From Candidatus Hodarchaeum mangrovi (GTDB taxonomy: Archaea > Asgardarchaeota > Heimdallarchaeia > Hodarchaeales > Hodarchaeaceae), in assembly GCA_016839515.1 (NCBI GenBank), contig JAEOUE010000298.1, forward strand, positions 1 through 42,859: a DNA stretch of 42,859 nt, in the 5' to 3' direction. The stretch's first letter is position 1. Each line of letters starts with the position of its first letter. Positions 1-9,922 of this stretch are shown in pieces. The translations under genes were made by a program, and so were the position numbers. The notes below the pieces were generated by a model. That model saw nothing but the letters and a program-made list of their open reading frames with translations. It ran no database searches and was not told where the DNA came from.

Positions 1-159
1 ATTATTCTTCAAATTAAATTTTGTTCTATAATATGCACATTAAATGTATTATTAATAGATTAACTTTTTATTCCCCGAAAACAGAAAGTTATAATTGAAG
101 TACAAAAAACATACAAACAGGTGTAGAACTAAATCAAAAAGAAAAACTGGTTAACAACA

Positions 160-570
160 ATGGGAACGCCTTTCTGTGATTCTTGTGGTACTCTTCTATC
201 TCCTAAAAAAATAGAAGCAACAAAAGAAACAATTCTTTGGTGCTCAAAATGCCAAAAAGAGATGAAAGTAGAAAAATCAAATCTATTTACAGAACATTCT
301 CCCATTTCACATAAGCCACACGAGTTGACCCGAATACTTGAGAACGAACCTCCACCTATCCCTAAAATATTCACTCAGACGTATGTTCAAAGAAAGAAAA
401 AACGATGTAAACACCCCAACGCAGTTTTTCAAGGATTTTATCAATTCTCAAAAGGAGATGAAGCAAGTCGAAAATATTGGTATTGTCCAGATTGTGGACA
501 AGTTTTTCGGTTCTCTGGTAAAGTTGAAGTTAAATTAAATCGAAAAATTATTTCAGAAAAAGCAGATTGA
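160..570 (+). CDS. Transcription factor S (TFS/RpoM-like) two-zinc-ribbon protein, divergent
   Basis: N-terminal FCDSCG...WCSKC ribbon; C-terminal ribbon with QFSKGDEAS (variant of QxRSADE) followed by YCPDCG. Confidence 0.75.
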   Translation: MGTPFCDSCGTLLSPKKIEATKETILWCSKCQKEMKVEKSNLFTEHSPISHKPHELTRILENEPPPIPKIFTQTYVQRKKKRCKHPNAVFQGFYQFSKGDEASRKYWYCPDCGQVFRFSGKVEVKLNRKIISEKAD

Positions 571-667
571 CTTTTTGAATTATTTTTCTGCTATAAAATC
601 ATCATCCTTGTTATTTTTTTACTATACTATGAAAAAGTTCCATCCAGAGAAAACAAGAATGAGAGTT

Positions 668-1882
668 TTAAAAGACTTTTAACCTTTTCCCCAGCTCTTC
701 AAACGCCCTCAATCCAGTATCTAGTTGTTCTTTGGTTAATGCTGCATTTGCTTGTACTCTAATTCGATCTAATCCTGATGGTACCATAGGGAAAACAATT
801 GGAAGAGCAAATATTCCGTAATCCCTGTATAGTAAATCAGATGCCTCTTTTGCCTTTTTAGGATCACCAAATATTATGGGAATAATTGCTGTTGTTGATG
901 CAGCCGTAATTTCATGATTGTATCCCATATCAAGTATTCGACTTTTGAAATACTTGATATTTTCCCAGAGGCGTTTTACCAGATCAGGTTCTTCATATTC
1001 TATTATATCTAATGCTTTTATTGAAGCTGCAGCTGTTGCAGGAGGATGACTTGCAGACAACAGATAAGATCTGGTTTTATTTCGACACCAAGTAATCAAT
1101 TCTGTTGATCCAACAATTGAACCTCCCATCGTACCAAAAGCTTTAGAAAAAGTACCCATCTCAATGTGTACTTTCCCTTGCAAATTATAATGATCCACAA
1201 GTCCCTTACCAGAATAATTTCTACCTAAAACTCCATCACCATGTGCATCATCGACATAAATTATTACATTACTATACGGTTCACAGACTTTATAGATCTG
1301 ATCAAGAGGAGCATGATCTCCATCCATTGAAAAGACTCCGTCAGTAATAACAAGAATTCGACGAGGATTCTTCTTAGCTAGTTTTTTCATTTCATTTTCT
1401 AGTGAATTCATGTCACAATGTTTGTATACTGCTCGTTGGGCTTTTGTTATTCGTACTCCATCGATAATTGACCCATGGTTCAATTCCTCTGATAAAATCA
1501 CATCCTCAGTTGATGGTGCTAATTGTTGGATGACTCCTTGATTAGCAGTAAATCCAGCTGATGTAATAAAGGCGGCTTCTTGTTCCTTAAATTTAGCAAG
1601 ACGTTTTTCCCATTGTTCATGTAAATCCATGTTTCCAGCAATCGCACGAACCGAACCTGATCCAACACCATGAGTTTGAATAGCTTTAATAGCAGCTTCT
1701 TTCATTTTAGGATGGTTAGATAATCCTAGATAGTTATTGGAACATAACATAATTACTTCTTTCCCCTCTACTCTACAAACAGTATCACTGGGTCCTTCAA
1801 GGATACGATGTACCCATTCTCTTCCTGCTTTTCGGATCTCTTGCATTTCATCTTTTAAAAATTTCGTGGAATCATTTGCCAT
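668..1882 (-). CDS. kbl: Glycine C-acetyltransferase / 8-amino-7-oxononanoate synthase family PLP enzyme
   Basis: Motifs SNNYLGL, LNHGSIIDG, DGVFSMDGD, DDAHG and the PLP lysine in GTFSKAFG. ATG at 1882 has a GGTGA RBS; the ORF is open to 1897. Confidence 0.85.
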   Translation of the reverse strand: MANDSTKFLKDEMQEIRKAGREWVHRILEGPSDTVCRVEGKEVIMLCSNNYLGLSNHPKMKEAAIKAIQTHGVGSGSVRAIAGNMDLHEQWEKRLAKFKEQEAAFITSAGFTANQGVIQQLAPSTEDVILSEELNHGSIIDGVRITKAQRAVYKHCDMNSLENEMKKLAKKNPRRILVITDGVFSMDGDHAPLDQIYKVCEPYSNVIIYVDDAHGDGVLGRNYSGKGLVDHYNLQGKVHIEMGTFSKAFGTMGGSIVGSTELITWCRNKTRSYLLSASHPPATAAASIKALDIIEYEEPDLVKRLWENIKYFKSRILDMGYNHEITAASTTAIIPIIFGDPKKAKEASDLLYRDYGIFALPIVFPMVPSGLDRIRVQANAALTKEQLDTGLRAFEELGKRLKVF

Positions 1883-2092
1883 TAGAACATCACCCAAATA
1901 TCATGCAAAAAATAATTTCTCTGTTTTTTTATATTTTCTTGCTCTAAAATGAATTCTTACTCTCTCTTAAGCGAAGAGTGCCGCTAAATAGATGAAAATT
2001 TATACGTATTTTTTATGTTTTAATTTTCACAATGTAAAAAAAAAGAAAGTGGTTTTACTAAATGTCCAGAAATTAAAAAATAAGACTGTTTA

Positions 2093-3025
2093 CTAATCTA
2101 TTGATATTAATGAACCTAATCCCTCAATCAATAATTTGGTCATTATAAATGCTGTAATCTCTGAATGGTCATATAGAGGATTGTACTCAACAATATCCCA
2201 ACCAATAAGATGAGATCTTCCAAGTCCCTTGAACAATCCTTGAATCATCCAAAATAGTTGTCTTGATGAAATACCCCCAGCTACAGGATTTCCTACACCA
2301 GGAGCAACTCCAGGATCAAGTAAATCTAAATCTATCGATACATAAATATGTGGATATTTTGAAATTAATGCTTTAGCCTTTTGAAATCCAAAATTGTATA
2401 AATTTGGGACGTTCATTAAATTGTCTGTAGAAAAAATTTCTAATCCGACTTTTTTGGCATATTTAATTTGATCTAATGAAAAATCACGGTAACCTAAAAC
2501 TGTTGCTCCCTGAAACGTCGTTTTCTCTGTAATCCTACGTAAGGTACAAGCATGTGATTTGGGATTTTCCATTATATTGTCATATAAATCAAGATGAGCA
2601 TCTAGATATATTAGATAAAAAGAGTGAGAGTTTTCTTCCAATGCTTCAGCTACTCCAATAGAAGTACTATGATCCCCTCCAATTACTAAAAAGGGTAAAG
2701 ATAACTTTAAGAAATCTAAAATACCCTCAGAAATAAATTGAAGACTTTTAGAAAGATTATGAGGTATTATTCCTATATTTCCATAATCTTTGATCCGATA
2801 ATGTTTTTTAAGATCTACTCCTGATTCTGTTACACATTCAAAGTTATCAGAATATAAAATATTGCGAAAAGAATTTGGCCCCATTCTTGATCCTGACCTA
2901 TAGGTTGAAGTAATATCAAGTGGTGTTCCAATCAAGTTAAAATTTGCTTCTTCTTCTGAGAAATCTTTGCTTATTATTCCACAGAGCATTTCAGAATCGT
3001 GAATTACAAAATCTAAGCTTTTCAC
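2093..3025 (-). CDS. speB: Agmatinase (ureohydrolase family)
   Basis: Metal-binding motifs GGDHS, DAHLD, SIDLDLLDP, plus APGVG and DIVEYNP. Confidence 0.85.
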   Translation of the reverse strand: MKSLDFVIHDSEMLCGIISKDFSEEEANFNLIGTPLDITSTYRSGSRMGPNSFRNILYSDNFECVTESGVDLKKHYRIKDYGNIGIIPHNLSKSLQFISEGILDFLKLSLPFLVIGGDHSTSIGVAEALEENSHSFYLIYLDAHLDLYDNIMENPKSHACTLRRITEKTTFQGATVLGYRDFSLDQIKYAKKVGLEIFSTDNLMNVPNLYNFGFQKAKALISKYPHIYVSIDLDLLDPGVAPGVGNPVAGGISSRQLFWMIQGLFKGLGRSHLIGWDIVEYNPLYDHSEITAFIMTKLLIEGLGSLISID

Positions 3026-3136
3026 ATTTATCCCTGCTTAATTCTTTTAGAATTAGGAGAATTATTACAAATAAAGATAGATTAATAGATTATGTAAAAA
3101 TTCTTCTGTAAATAAATAAAAAAAGTTAGGTGAATT

Positions 3137-4399
3137 ATGTCAACTGCTCTATTAAATCCACAAGATTATTCAGATTCTTTAAAAAGGAAAAATGGTCGTT
3201 TATACCTGAATGAAGTTGATTTAGATCAATTTCTTGAAAAAAAAGAGACTCCTATTTTCCTATTTTCAAAAAAACAGCTTAATGTTCAATATCAGAAAAT
3301 ACTCAAACCTTTTTTAAAAATTGGAGCTAATTCGATAAATATCGCTTTTTCTGTGAAGTCTAATCCTGAAGTTCAAATAATTAGACAATTTCTAGCCAAT
3401 GGAAGTTTTTTTGAAGTTACCTCATTAGGTGAGATGAATCGTGTTTTAGAGACTGGTGGAGATCCAAAGAAAATTATTTATACAAACATTGTAAAGTTAG
3501 ATCTCACAATAGAACAAGCTATTCGATCAAATATCGGATATTATGCTATTGATTCCTATCACGACATGCAAAGACTTGAAAAAATAGCTAAAAAAGTAGA
3601 TAGAAAAATAAAAGTTCTAATAAGAGTAAATCCATTAGTTGAATTAAATAGTACTTTATTTAGTTGCACAGGTTCACGGAGTAAGATTGGGATTCCAATT
3701 GATCTTAATGAACAGTCTAAATTCTTAGAAATCATTAATTATTGCAAAAACTCTTCTTTCTTCAGTTTAGTTGGAATACACGTTCACCTAGGAAGCCAGA
3801 TTATAAACATTGAATCATATCGAAGAGCTATGAAAGTGATTTCAGAATTATTAATTTTTCTTCAAAAGAGGGATATAAAACTCTCTATTCTAGATATTGG
3901 AGGGGGTATTCCAGTTAATTATGGAAACCCTACCCCAGGACCAGAATTATTTGCTTTAATAATAAAAGAAGAATTTAATACTATTTTAAACCAATTAAAT
4001 ATTATAATTGAATCAGGAAGGTTTCTCACAGCTTCTGCTGGGATTTTAATATTTTCCATAGGTAATATTAAACAAGATTCTATTGGAAACGAGATTATAT
4101 GCCTTGATGGGAGCTTTTTTAATACTATCCCCGACGTTATCGTTGCAAATTGGTCTTTTCCGATTATTAATCTCATAACTGGAGATAATGTTCCTTTAAT
4201 AAAATATCGTCTAGTAGGGGCAACGAATGACACTTTAGATTCCTATCAAGATAGAAAAACATTAGATTTAACATTTGTTACTCTTCAAAAGTTATCAATA
4301 AATGATAAAATTGTATTCCTGCAAGCAGGAGCATATTCTTTGTCTTTTAATTCTTCCTATTGCCTTGAAAAAAGACCAAAAGTTTATTTTCTAGAGTGA
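3137..4399 (+). CDS. Fold-type III PLP-dependent basic amino acid (Orn/Lys/Arg/DAP) decarboxylase
   Basis: FSVKSNP (PLP lysine), HVHLGSQ, LDIGGG, ESGRFL, GAYS; substrate cannot be assigned from sequence. Confidence 0.85.
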   Translation: MSTALLNPQDYSDSLKRKNGRLYLNEVDLDQFLEKKETPIFLFSKKQLNVQYQKILKPFLKIGANSINIAFSVKSNPEVQIIRQFLANGSFFEVTSLGEMNRVLETGGDPKKIIYTNIVKLDLTIEQAIRSNIGYYAIDSYHDMQRLEKIAKKVDRKIKVLIRVNPLVELNSTLFSCTGSRSKIGIPIDLNEQSKFLEIINYCKNSSFFSLVGIHVHLGSQIINIESYRRAMKVISELLIFLQKRDIKLSILDIGGGIPVNYGNPTPGPELFALIIKEEFNTILNQLNIIIESGRFLTASAGILIFSIGNIKQDSIGNEIICLDGSFFNTIPDVIVANWSFPIINLITGDNVPLIKYRLVGATNDTLDSYQDRKTLDLTFVTLQKLSINDKIVFLQAGAYSLSFNSSYCLEKRPKVYFLE

Positions 4400-4531
4400 G
4401 AGTCCTTTAAGAAGCAAATGTATCTTTTTCAATATTAATAACGAATTATTTTTATTTAGGATTAAAAGAAAAATTTACGATCTTACTTTAAATGGGGATA
4501 ATTTAGAATAATTAGGGAGATTCTGTAATAA

Positions 4532-5449
4532 ATGAAATTAAAAAAAATGAAACAGGTTACTCTTAAGCCACATATGACAGTTAATGAGTTGTTAGAATCA
4601 ATGAAAGAGGGAGGATTTAATTGCCATAGAGTGGCAAAAGCTACTGATCTATTCACACTTATGATAAAAGAAAGTGAAACTACTACATTTTTAGGTCTTG
4701 CAGGAGCGTTAATTCCTGGAGGAATGAGAAATATTATTCGTATGATGATTGAAAAGCATTTTGTTGATTGTGTAATTACCACAGGAGCCAATTTAAGTCA
4801 TGATATTTTGGAAACATTGGGACCATCACATTATCACGGAATGGAGAATATAAATGATGAGGAATTAAAGAAAATGGAAATAAGCAGGATTTTTAGTACT
4901 TTAATTCCACAGAAAGCATTTATTAAATTTGAAGATATGATTCAGAAAATTCTTGATTTTATCCCAAATGAAAAATTGAGTAGTAGACAGTTTATTTATG
5001 AATTGGGACGACAGATTAAAGATCCTAATTCGTTTATTAGGGCAGCTTTTAAGGAACAAATACCTATTTTTTCCCCTTCATTTGCAGATAGTATATTAGG
5101 AGTTCAAGCGTGGCTTTTCGCACAAAATCACCCTCTTCAGATTGATGTTTTAAAGGATCATTCAGAATTTTCTCAAATTGTATATGAATCAAAAAAAATG
5201 GGTGCAATCTTCCTTGGGGGTGGAGTACCAAAGCACTTCATAATGAATGGTTCACAACTGAATAATGGTTTGAGTTATGCAATACAAATTACTATGGATC
5301 GCCCTGAACATGGAGGGGTAAGTGGAGCGAGTGTAAAAGAAGCTATTTCGTGGGGAAAAGTAGCTCCAGACGCTCAGTGGATTGATATCTTAGGTGATGT
5401 CACCCTTGTCTTACCTTTAATAATAGCAGGAGTTATTTCACGAACATGA
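4532..5449 (+). CDS. dys: Deoxyhypusine synthase
   Basis: TTGANLSHD, DSILG, LGGGVPKHF, GGVSGA and EAISWGK (catalytic lysine). Confidence 0.95.
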   Translation: MKLKKMKQVTLKPHMTVNELLESMKEGGFNCHRVAKATDLFTLMIKESETTTFLGLAGALIPGGMRNIIRMMIEKHFVDCVITTGANLSHDILETLGPSHYHGMENINDEELKKMEISRIFSTLIPQKAFIKFEDMIQKILDFIPNEKLSSRQFIYELGRQIKDPNSFIRAAFKEQIPIFSPSFADSILGVQAWLFAQNHPLQIDVLKDHSEFSQIVYESKKMGAIFLGGGVPKHFIMNGSQLNNGLSYAIQITMDRPEHGGVSGASVKEAISWGKVAPDAQWIDILGDVTLVLPLIIAGVISRT

Positions 5450-5450
5450 A

Positions 5451-6860
5451 GTGAAAAGTTTGAGTCATACACAGTTTGAGGATCTATTTCAAAAAGCATG
5501 GGAAAATTGGATTCATGGGTATGAAAAAGAAGCTGCAGAAATTTGGAAGCAAATCTTAAAGTCAGCCATCAATGAAAATGATAGATTAGTGGAAATAGAT
5601 GCAATAAATTACCTTGCAATGTATCAAAGAGTTTGGGAAGAAAAAATTGAACAAGTGATAGACTTAGAAAAGTATTTAAATATTGCTAATGATCTTAAAT
5701 ATACTAAAGGGATTGCAAATATAAAAATTGAACTCGCACTTCGTTCCAAGATATTTGAAAGAACTCAAGGACTTTTCATAGAAGCTAGAAGACTTTATGA
5801 ATCCATAGAAGATAAAAATGGTATAATGAGAGCTTTATTTTTATATAGTACTTATTTAATCGAACGAGGAGTGGAAAAGTTTGGTTTTATCTTCAAGCAA
5901 CTTCAAACAGCTCTTGAACTTGCCATTAGTGAGAATAATAAATATTTCATTGCTCAAATTCAATCTGCAATAGGGGAAGCATTTCTTCGTCTGGGTAATC
6001 TAAATGAAGCGCGGCATCACTTTGAGATTTCTTTACAGAATTTTTCTCATCTAGGTCATGAGAGAAGATCAATTAGTTTATTAGTATCAATTGCAGATGT
6101 TGAGATTCAATCAAATTTAGAAAATGCATTAGATGAACTAAAAAATAGCTATACCACATTTACTAAAAAACTAGAAAACATTCAGGATAAAATCCCCGTT
6201 TTTGACCTTTTCTACCATCTTTCAAGATTTTCTGACCTTTTTCTAGAATTAGAGGATTTTAAACAGGTTCAAAATCTAATTAATAATTTAGAAAAAATTC
6301 TTCGGCAAATAAACATCGAATCAAGTCTTTATTTTCAGGGTAAAATGGCGTTAGCACATATAAAAGGAAATCTAGAACTTGCTAAATTAAATTTATCAAA
6401 CGCTTCAGAAATGTATAACTATATTCTTAGACGTCGTGATCATGCAAGAATATCGGATCTGTATGGGGCTTTAATAAGTTTAGCGGTGATATCTCTGTAT
6501 AAATATCGTATAATATTTGATGGAACCTACATTAAAAAAGCTCAAGATTTAGTTCAAGAAGCAATTAAGATATCAGAAGCAACAGATCATATTAAAGGCT
6601 ATGTTCGTGCTCACATGGTTTTTTCTTTATTAAAATTATCAATTGCAGGAGTAAATGCGGATTTATCTGAAATGGAAGATGTTATCACCCTAGCTCAGGA
6701 GAAGGGATTACACTCAGAAGCCAAAAAAGCGTATCAAGAACTTTCTCGTTTTAAAGGAATTTACCAGAACCAAAATCCAGTTTTTCCAGAGGCCGTTTCT
6801 GTTGCAGAAGTTTTACAATATGCATTGGAAGCAAAAAAATCAGTGAAAAAGATAAACTAA
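5451..6860 (+). CDS. TPR/alpha-helical repeat protein
   Basis: TPR-like repeats such as IGEAFLRLGNLNEARHHFEISL; GTG start 1 nt after the dys stop. Confidence 0.75.
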   Translation: MKSLSHTQFEDLFQKAWENWIHGYEKEAAEIWKQILKSAINENDRLVEIDAINYLAMYQRVWEEKIEQVIDLEKYLNIANDLKYTKGIANIKIELALRSKIFERTQGLFIEARRLYESIEDKNGIMRALFLYSTYLIERGVEKFGFIFKQLQTALELAISENNKYFIAQIQSAIGEAFLRLGNLNEARHHFEISLQNFSHLGHERRSISLLVSIADVEIQSNLENALDELKNSYTTFTKKLENIQDKIPVFDLFYHLSRFSDLFLELEDFKQVQNLINNLEKILRQINIESSLYFQGKMALAHIKGNLELAKLNLSNASEMYNYILRRRDHARISDLYGALISLAVISLYKYRIIFDGTYIKKAQDLVQEAIKISEATDHIKGYVRAHMVFSLLKLSIAGVNADLSEMEDVITLAQEKGLHSEAKKAYQELSRFKGIYQNQNPVFPEAVSVAEVLQYALEAKKSVKKIN

Positions 6861-6973
6861 AGATAATTGATCTTTCTGAAAAATTATATAATAAAATAGT
6901 TCTCGTTAGATTGATGATTTTTTGGGCTATTTGATTGAAAAATTAGTTCAATACTAATAAAAAGGTTAAAATA

Positions 6974-7582
6974 ATGTTCATAATTCAAGATATAGAATTT
7001 CTATTATTCAATTTAATAACACAGGGAAATGATTTGCTTCAATCTTTAATTCCTACTACTCCACCATTCTCATCCATTTTTATTCTAATAATTTCTTTCT
7101 TTGTTTCATTGTTCTCAACAGGAATATCAAAACTAATGATAGACACTGAAAAATTAACCAGATTGACACGAGAAAGCAAAAAATACAATAAAATGCGAAT
7201 GCAGATGCTAAAGACTACTGATACAAAATTAAAATTGAAATATGAACGAAGTGCTGATAGAATGAAAAAGGTTCAGTCTGAGCTATCCACCATGCGTCTT
7301 AAACCTTTAATGATTACCTTTATTCCCCTAATGATATTTTTCTTTGTTTTTTCTAGCTTTTTCCAGTGGGGTATAGATCCAACAACAGATATAATAACTG
7401 GAAACATCCCTGCCATAATACCTTTCCCGTTACCTGAAAATATTCTTTTTGCTATTGGAAAAAATGGGATTGTTGAGGGTTGGGGTAATGTATTTGTTCC
7501 ACAATATATATGGTGGTATTTTGGTGGATCGATTACTTTTGGTTCAATTTTGCAAAAATTAGCTGGATTACAACCAGATTAA
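6974..7582 (+). CDS. DUF106 / EMC3-TMCO1-Get1 (Oxa1 superfamily) membrane insertase-like protein
   Basis: TM helix, coiled coil, KPLMITFIP, TM, WWYF pattern; sits next to eL34 as is usual in archaea. Confidence 0.85.
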   Translation: MFIIQDIEFLLFNLITQGNDLLQSLIPTTPPFSSIFILIISFFVSLFSTGISKLMIDTEKLTRLTRESKKYNKMRMQMLKTTDTKLKLKYERSADRMKKVQSELSTMRLKPLMITFIPLMIFFFVFSSFFQWGIDPTTDIITGNIPAIIPFPLPENILFAIGKNGIVEGWGNVFVPQYIWWYFGGSITFGSILQKLAGLQPD

Positions 7583-7605
7583 ATTCTTAAATAGGTGAAA
7601 AAAAA

Positions 7606-7836
7606 ATGACTAAAGGTATTAGAAAGAAAAAAAATCCAAAGGGATACATAACAGAGTTTAAACTCAAAAAAAGGGCAAAAATTAAATCCTGTCAATTATG
7701 TGGTTCCCAAATACGTAAATTTCATAAAAAGGTGTCAAAAAGTCAAAAAATTCCCGCAAGACCATACGGAGGAGAAATTTGCCACGCTTGCCTTAAATCA
7801 TCAATTCAATTGAGAATATTTGAGAATTATAGCTAG
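7606..7836 (+). CDS. rpl34e: 50S ribosomal protein L34e
   Basis: Basic protein with CQLCG ... KSQKIPARPYGGEICHAC. Confidence 0.9.
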   Translation: MTKGIRKKKNPKGYITEFKLKKRAKIKSCQLCGSQIRKFHKKVSKSQKIPARPYGGEICHACLKSSIQLRIFENYS

Positions 7837-7849
7837 AAGGATGATGCCT

Positions 7850-8257
7850 ATGAGTCCAGCACGAAAAACAAAGAAGCAAATATCCTGTAAAAAATGTGGT
7901 TGCATAATAAATCCAATTCAACATCCACCTGACAAAACTTGGCAATTAATAAGCCCCATGCCTGATAAAGAAGGAAGGGTTACATTAACAATTATGGGAG
8001 CATTTCGTTGCCCAGAATGCGGTGCTTCAGTCCGAACTGCGATGAAAAAGATACGTGGAGACGAAATCGGATCTGGACAATCAAAAAAGGAGATGTTAAT
8101 CCAAGCTGTAAGCTTAATCAAGGAACCAACCAATATAGAAAATATCGAGATCGAAGGAATTTCCACAGCTTCAGTAGAGAAAGCAATAGGACTATTGATC
8201 GAACAAGGGCAACTTAAGGGGAAAATTCAAAATGCAAAATATTATCCTGGAACCTAA
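7850..8257 (+). CDS. Zn-ribbon protein of the Cren7-like chromatin family with a C-terminal winged-helix-like extension
   Basis: CKKC...PDKTWQLISPMPDKEGRVTLTIMGAFRCPECG; start uncertain (ATG at 7841, 7844 or 7850). Confidence 0.65.
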   Translation: MSPARKTKKQISCKKCGCIINPIQHPPDKTWQLISPMPDKEGRVTLTIMGAFRCPECGASVRTAMKKIRGDEIGSGQSKKEMLIQAVSLIKEPTNIENIEIEGISTASVEKAIGLLIEQGQLKGKIQNAKYYPGT

Positions 8258-9468
8258 TTATCCACTTTAGTTATCTCTCTTGTTAATATCGTTGCATAAA
8301 CTCCCCTAGGAAGACTAAAAGAGACATTTATTTCATTTGTACCATTGATCGTATTAATTTTTAAATCAGTTATCAAGATTTTTGCTTTTCTCATTGACCC
8401 CTTAGATCGTAATTTTTTATCTAAGGATTTAAAATCAGCTAATGCTATAGAATCTGTTTCTAGAATTGTAATTAAATTATTCCATATAACATTAGGGAAA
8501 CTACTAGAAGAAGTACCATAACCAGGAAGAGGTAGCTCTGTTCTAGTGGTAATTTCATGATTAACATCTAGGAGAGAATTCAAGACTAAATTAAAAACAT
8601 AAGATTGGTAAGCAGAAATTGATAAACGAAGAAATGAAGAAGGAAGTTTACTTACAATTTGTTTAGAAGACCTATTCTTTACTAATCCTGTTAATAAAGT
8701 CTTTTCGATACGATATTTTGCAGGAAAAGAAAAGAGAATCTCCTTTGGATCAGATCCATTTAGGAAATTTTGACGAAGTTGGGAAATAAACGAGGATTCA
8801 AGAGGGCTTGTCTTACCAATGTATTCATAAATTAGTTCTTCATAATCTCTTTGTATTAGATATTTCCCAATATTATGAAGAACTGGCCTAACACTACCAA
8901 AGCGTTGTTTCCCAAAATAATTCAATAATCCAGAAGTATTTAGAGTTTTGATTAAAAAATTCCATTCAAATTTACTGGGATTTCGGTTTATATCTTTAAT
9001 TTGAATGTCAAAGAGATTTCCAGAGAGATCTCCGATCTTTACCCCAAATTTTTGGCGAATGGGATTAATTAATTGTAAATTGGAGATTGAGAGAGAAGAA
9101 AATTGGGAAAAATTTGTACCCCAAAGTGAGATCCTTTGGTATGTTTTGGCTTTAGCATCTTTCAAGCCTGCATAACCAATATCTTTCTCTGGTATCTTTA
9201 AAGCCTGTGAAATTCGTTTAATAGCTGTAAAAGTGTCAATTCCTGATTTAACTAAGACACAATGTGTATACATCCCTCCTAAAGAAGGCCCTAATTCTGA
9301 ACCATCCTTAATAGGAATACCATTAGGAAGAATTTCATAAACAATAAAATCTTCTTCAGTCTGTTTAATTTTTCCTCCTGTACCCTTAAAAAAAGGAACG
9401 GAAAAATAAAGAATTCCAACAGAAAGAGATGCGTTAAAATCCTTTAAATCATTTGAAAAAATCGTCAT
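8254..9468 (-). CDS. truD: tRNA pseudouridine(13) synthase TruD/Pus7
   Basis: EDFIVYEI, GYAGLKD (catalytic Asp), NYFGKQRFG, FSLPRGVYAT; start at 9468 or 9480, overlapping the 3' end of uL11. Confidence 0.92.
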   Translation of the reverse strand: MTIFSNDLKDFNASLSVGILYFSVPFFKGTGGKIKQTEEDFIVYEILPNGIPIKDGSELGPSLGGMYTHCVLVKSGIDTFTAIKRISQALKIPEKDIGYAGLKDAKAKTYQRISLWGTNFSQFSSLSISNLQLINPIRQKFGVKIGDLSGNLFDIQIKDINRNPSKFEWNFLIKTLNTSGLLNYFGKQRFGSVRPVLHNIGKYLIQRDYEELIYEYIGKTSPLESSFISQLRQNFLNGSDPKEILFSFPAKYRIEKTLLTGLVKNRSSKQIVSKLPSSFLRLSISAYQSYVFNLVLNSLLDVNHEITTRTELPLPGYGTSSSSFPNVIWNNLITILETDSIALADFKSLDKKLRSKGSMRKAKILITDLKINTINGTNEINVSFSLPRGVYATILTREITKVDN

Positions 9469-9922
9469 AGGCCCCAGCATCGATGGATTTTAATATTAAT
9501 TTTGGTTCTTCTCCATCAACGGTTAATCCGATTGAAGTACAGGTACCTACAACTTCTTTGACAGCAGATCGTAAATTAAAAGAAAGCATTGCATCCTGTT
9601 TCATCTTAGCAACCTTTATTACTTGTTTAAATTCGAGATTCCCCGCTTTTTCTGTTTTGGGAGAACCACTGCCCTTTGCGATACCTGCTTCACTTATAAG
9701 TAAAGAAGAGGTAGGAGGAATACCGACTGAGATTGTAAAGTTTCTGTTATCATCAACTTCAATTGAAACTGGAACTTTCATTCCTTTAAACTGTTGGGTC
9801 TGCTTATTAATTTCTTCGATGACTGCTTTAATATTCACGCCTAAAGGACCTAATGCAGGACCTAGAGGGGGTCCTGGAGAAGCTTGTCCTGCATCAACTA
9901 ATGCTTCGACTATCTTTGCCAA
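9449..9922 (-). CDS. rpl11: 50S ribosomal protein L11 (uL11)
   Basis: GQASPGPPLGPALGPLGVN signature; TTG start. Confidence 0.97.
   Translation of the reverse strand: MAKIVEALVDAGQASPGPPLGPALGPLGVNIKAVIEEINKQTQQFKGMKVPVSIEVDDNRNFTISVGIPPTSSLLISEAGIAKGSGSPKTEKAGNLEFKQVIKVAKMKQDAMLSFNLRSAVKEVVGTCTSIGLTVDGEEPKLILKSIDAGAYDDFFK

Noticed and set aside
5451-6860. Helical-repeat protein after dys as an archaeal deoxyhypusine hydroxylase
   Set aside because: The repeats are TPR-like rather than HEAT-like and lack the four His-Glu iron motifs of DOHH.
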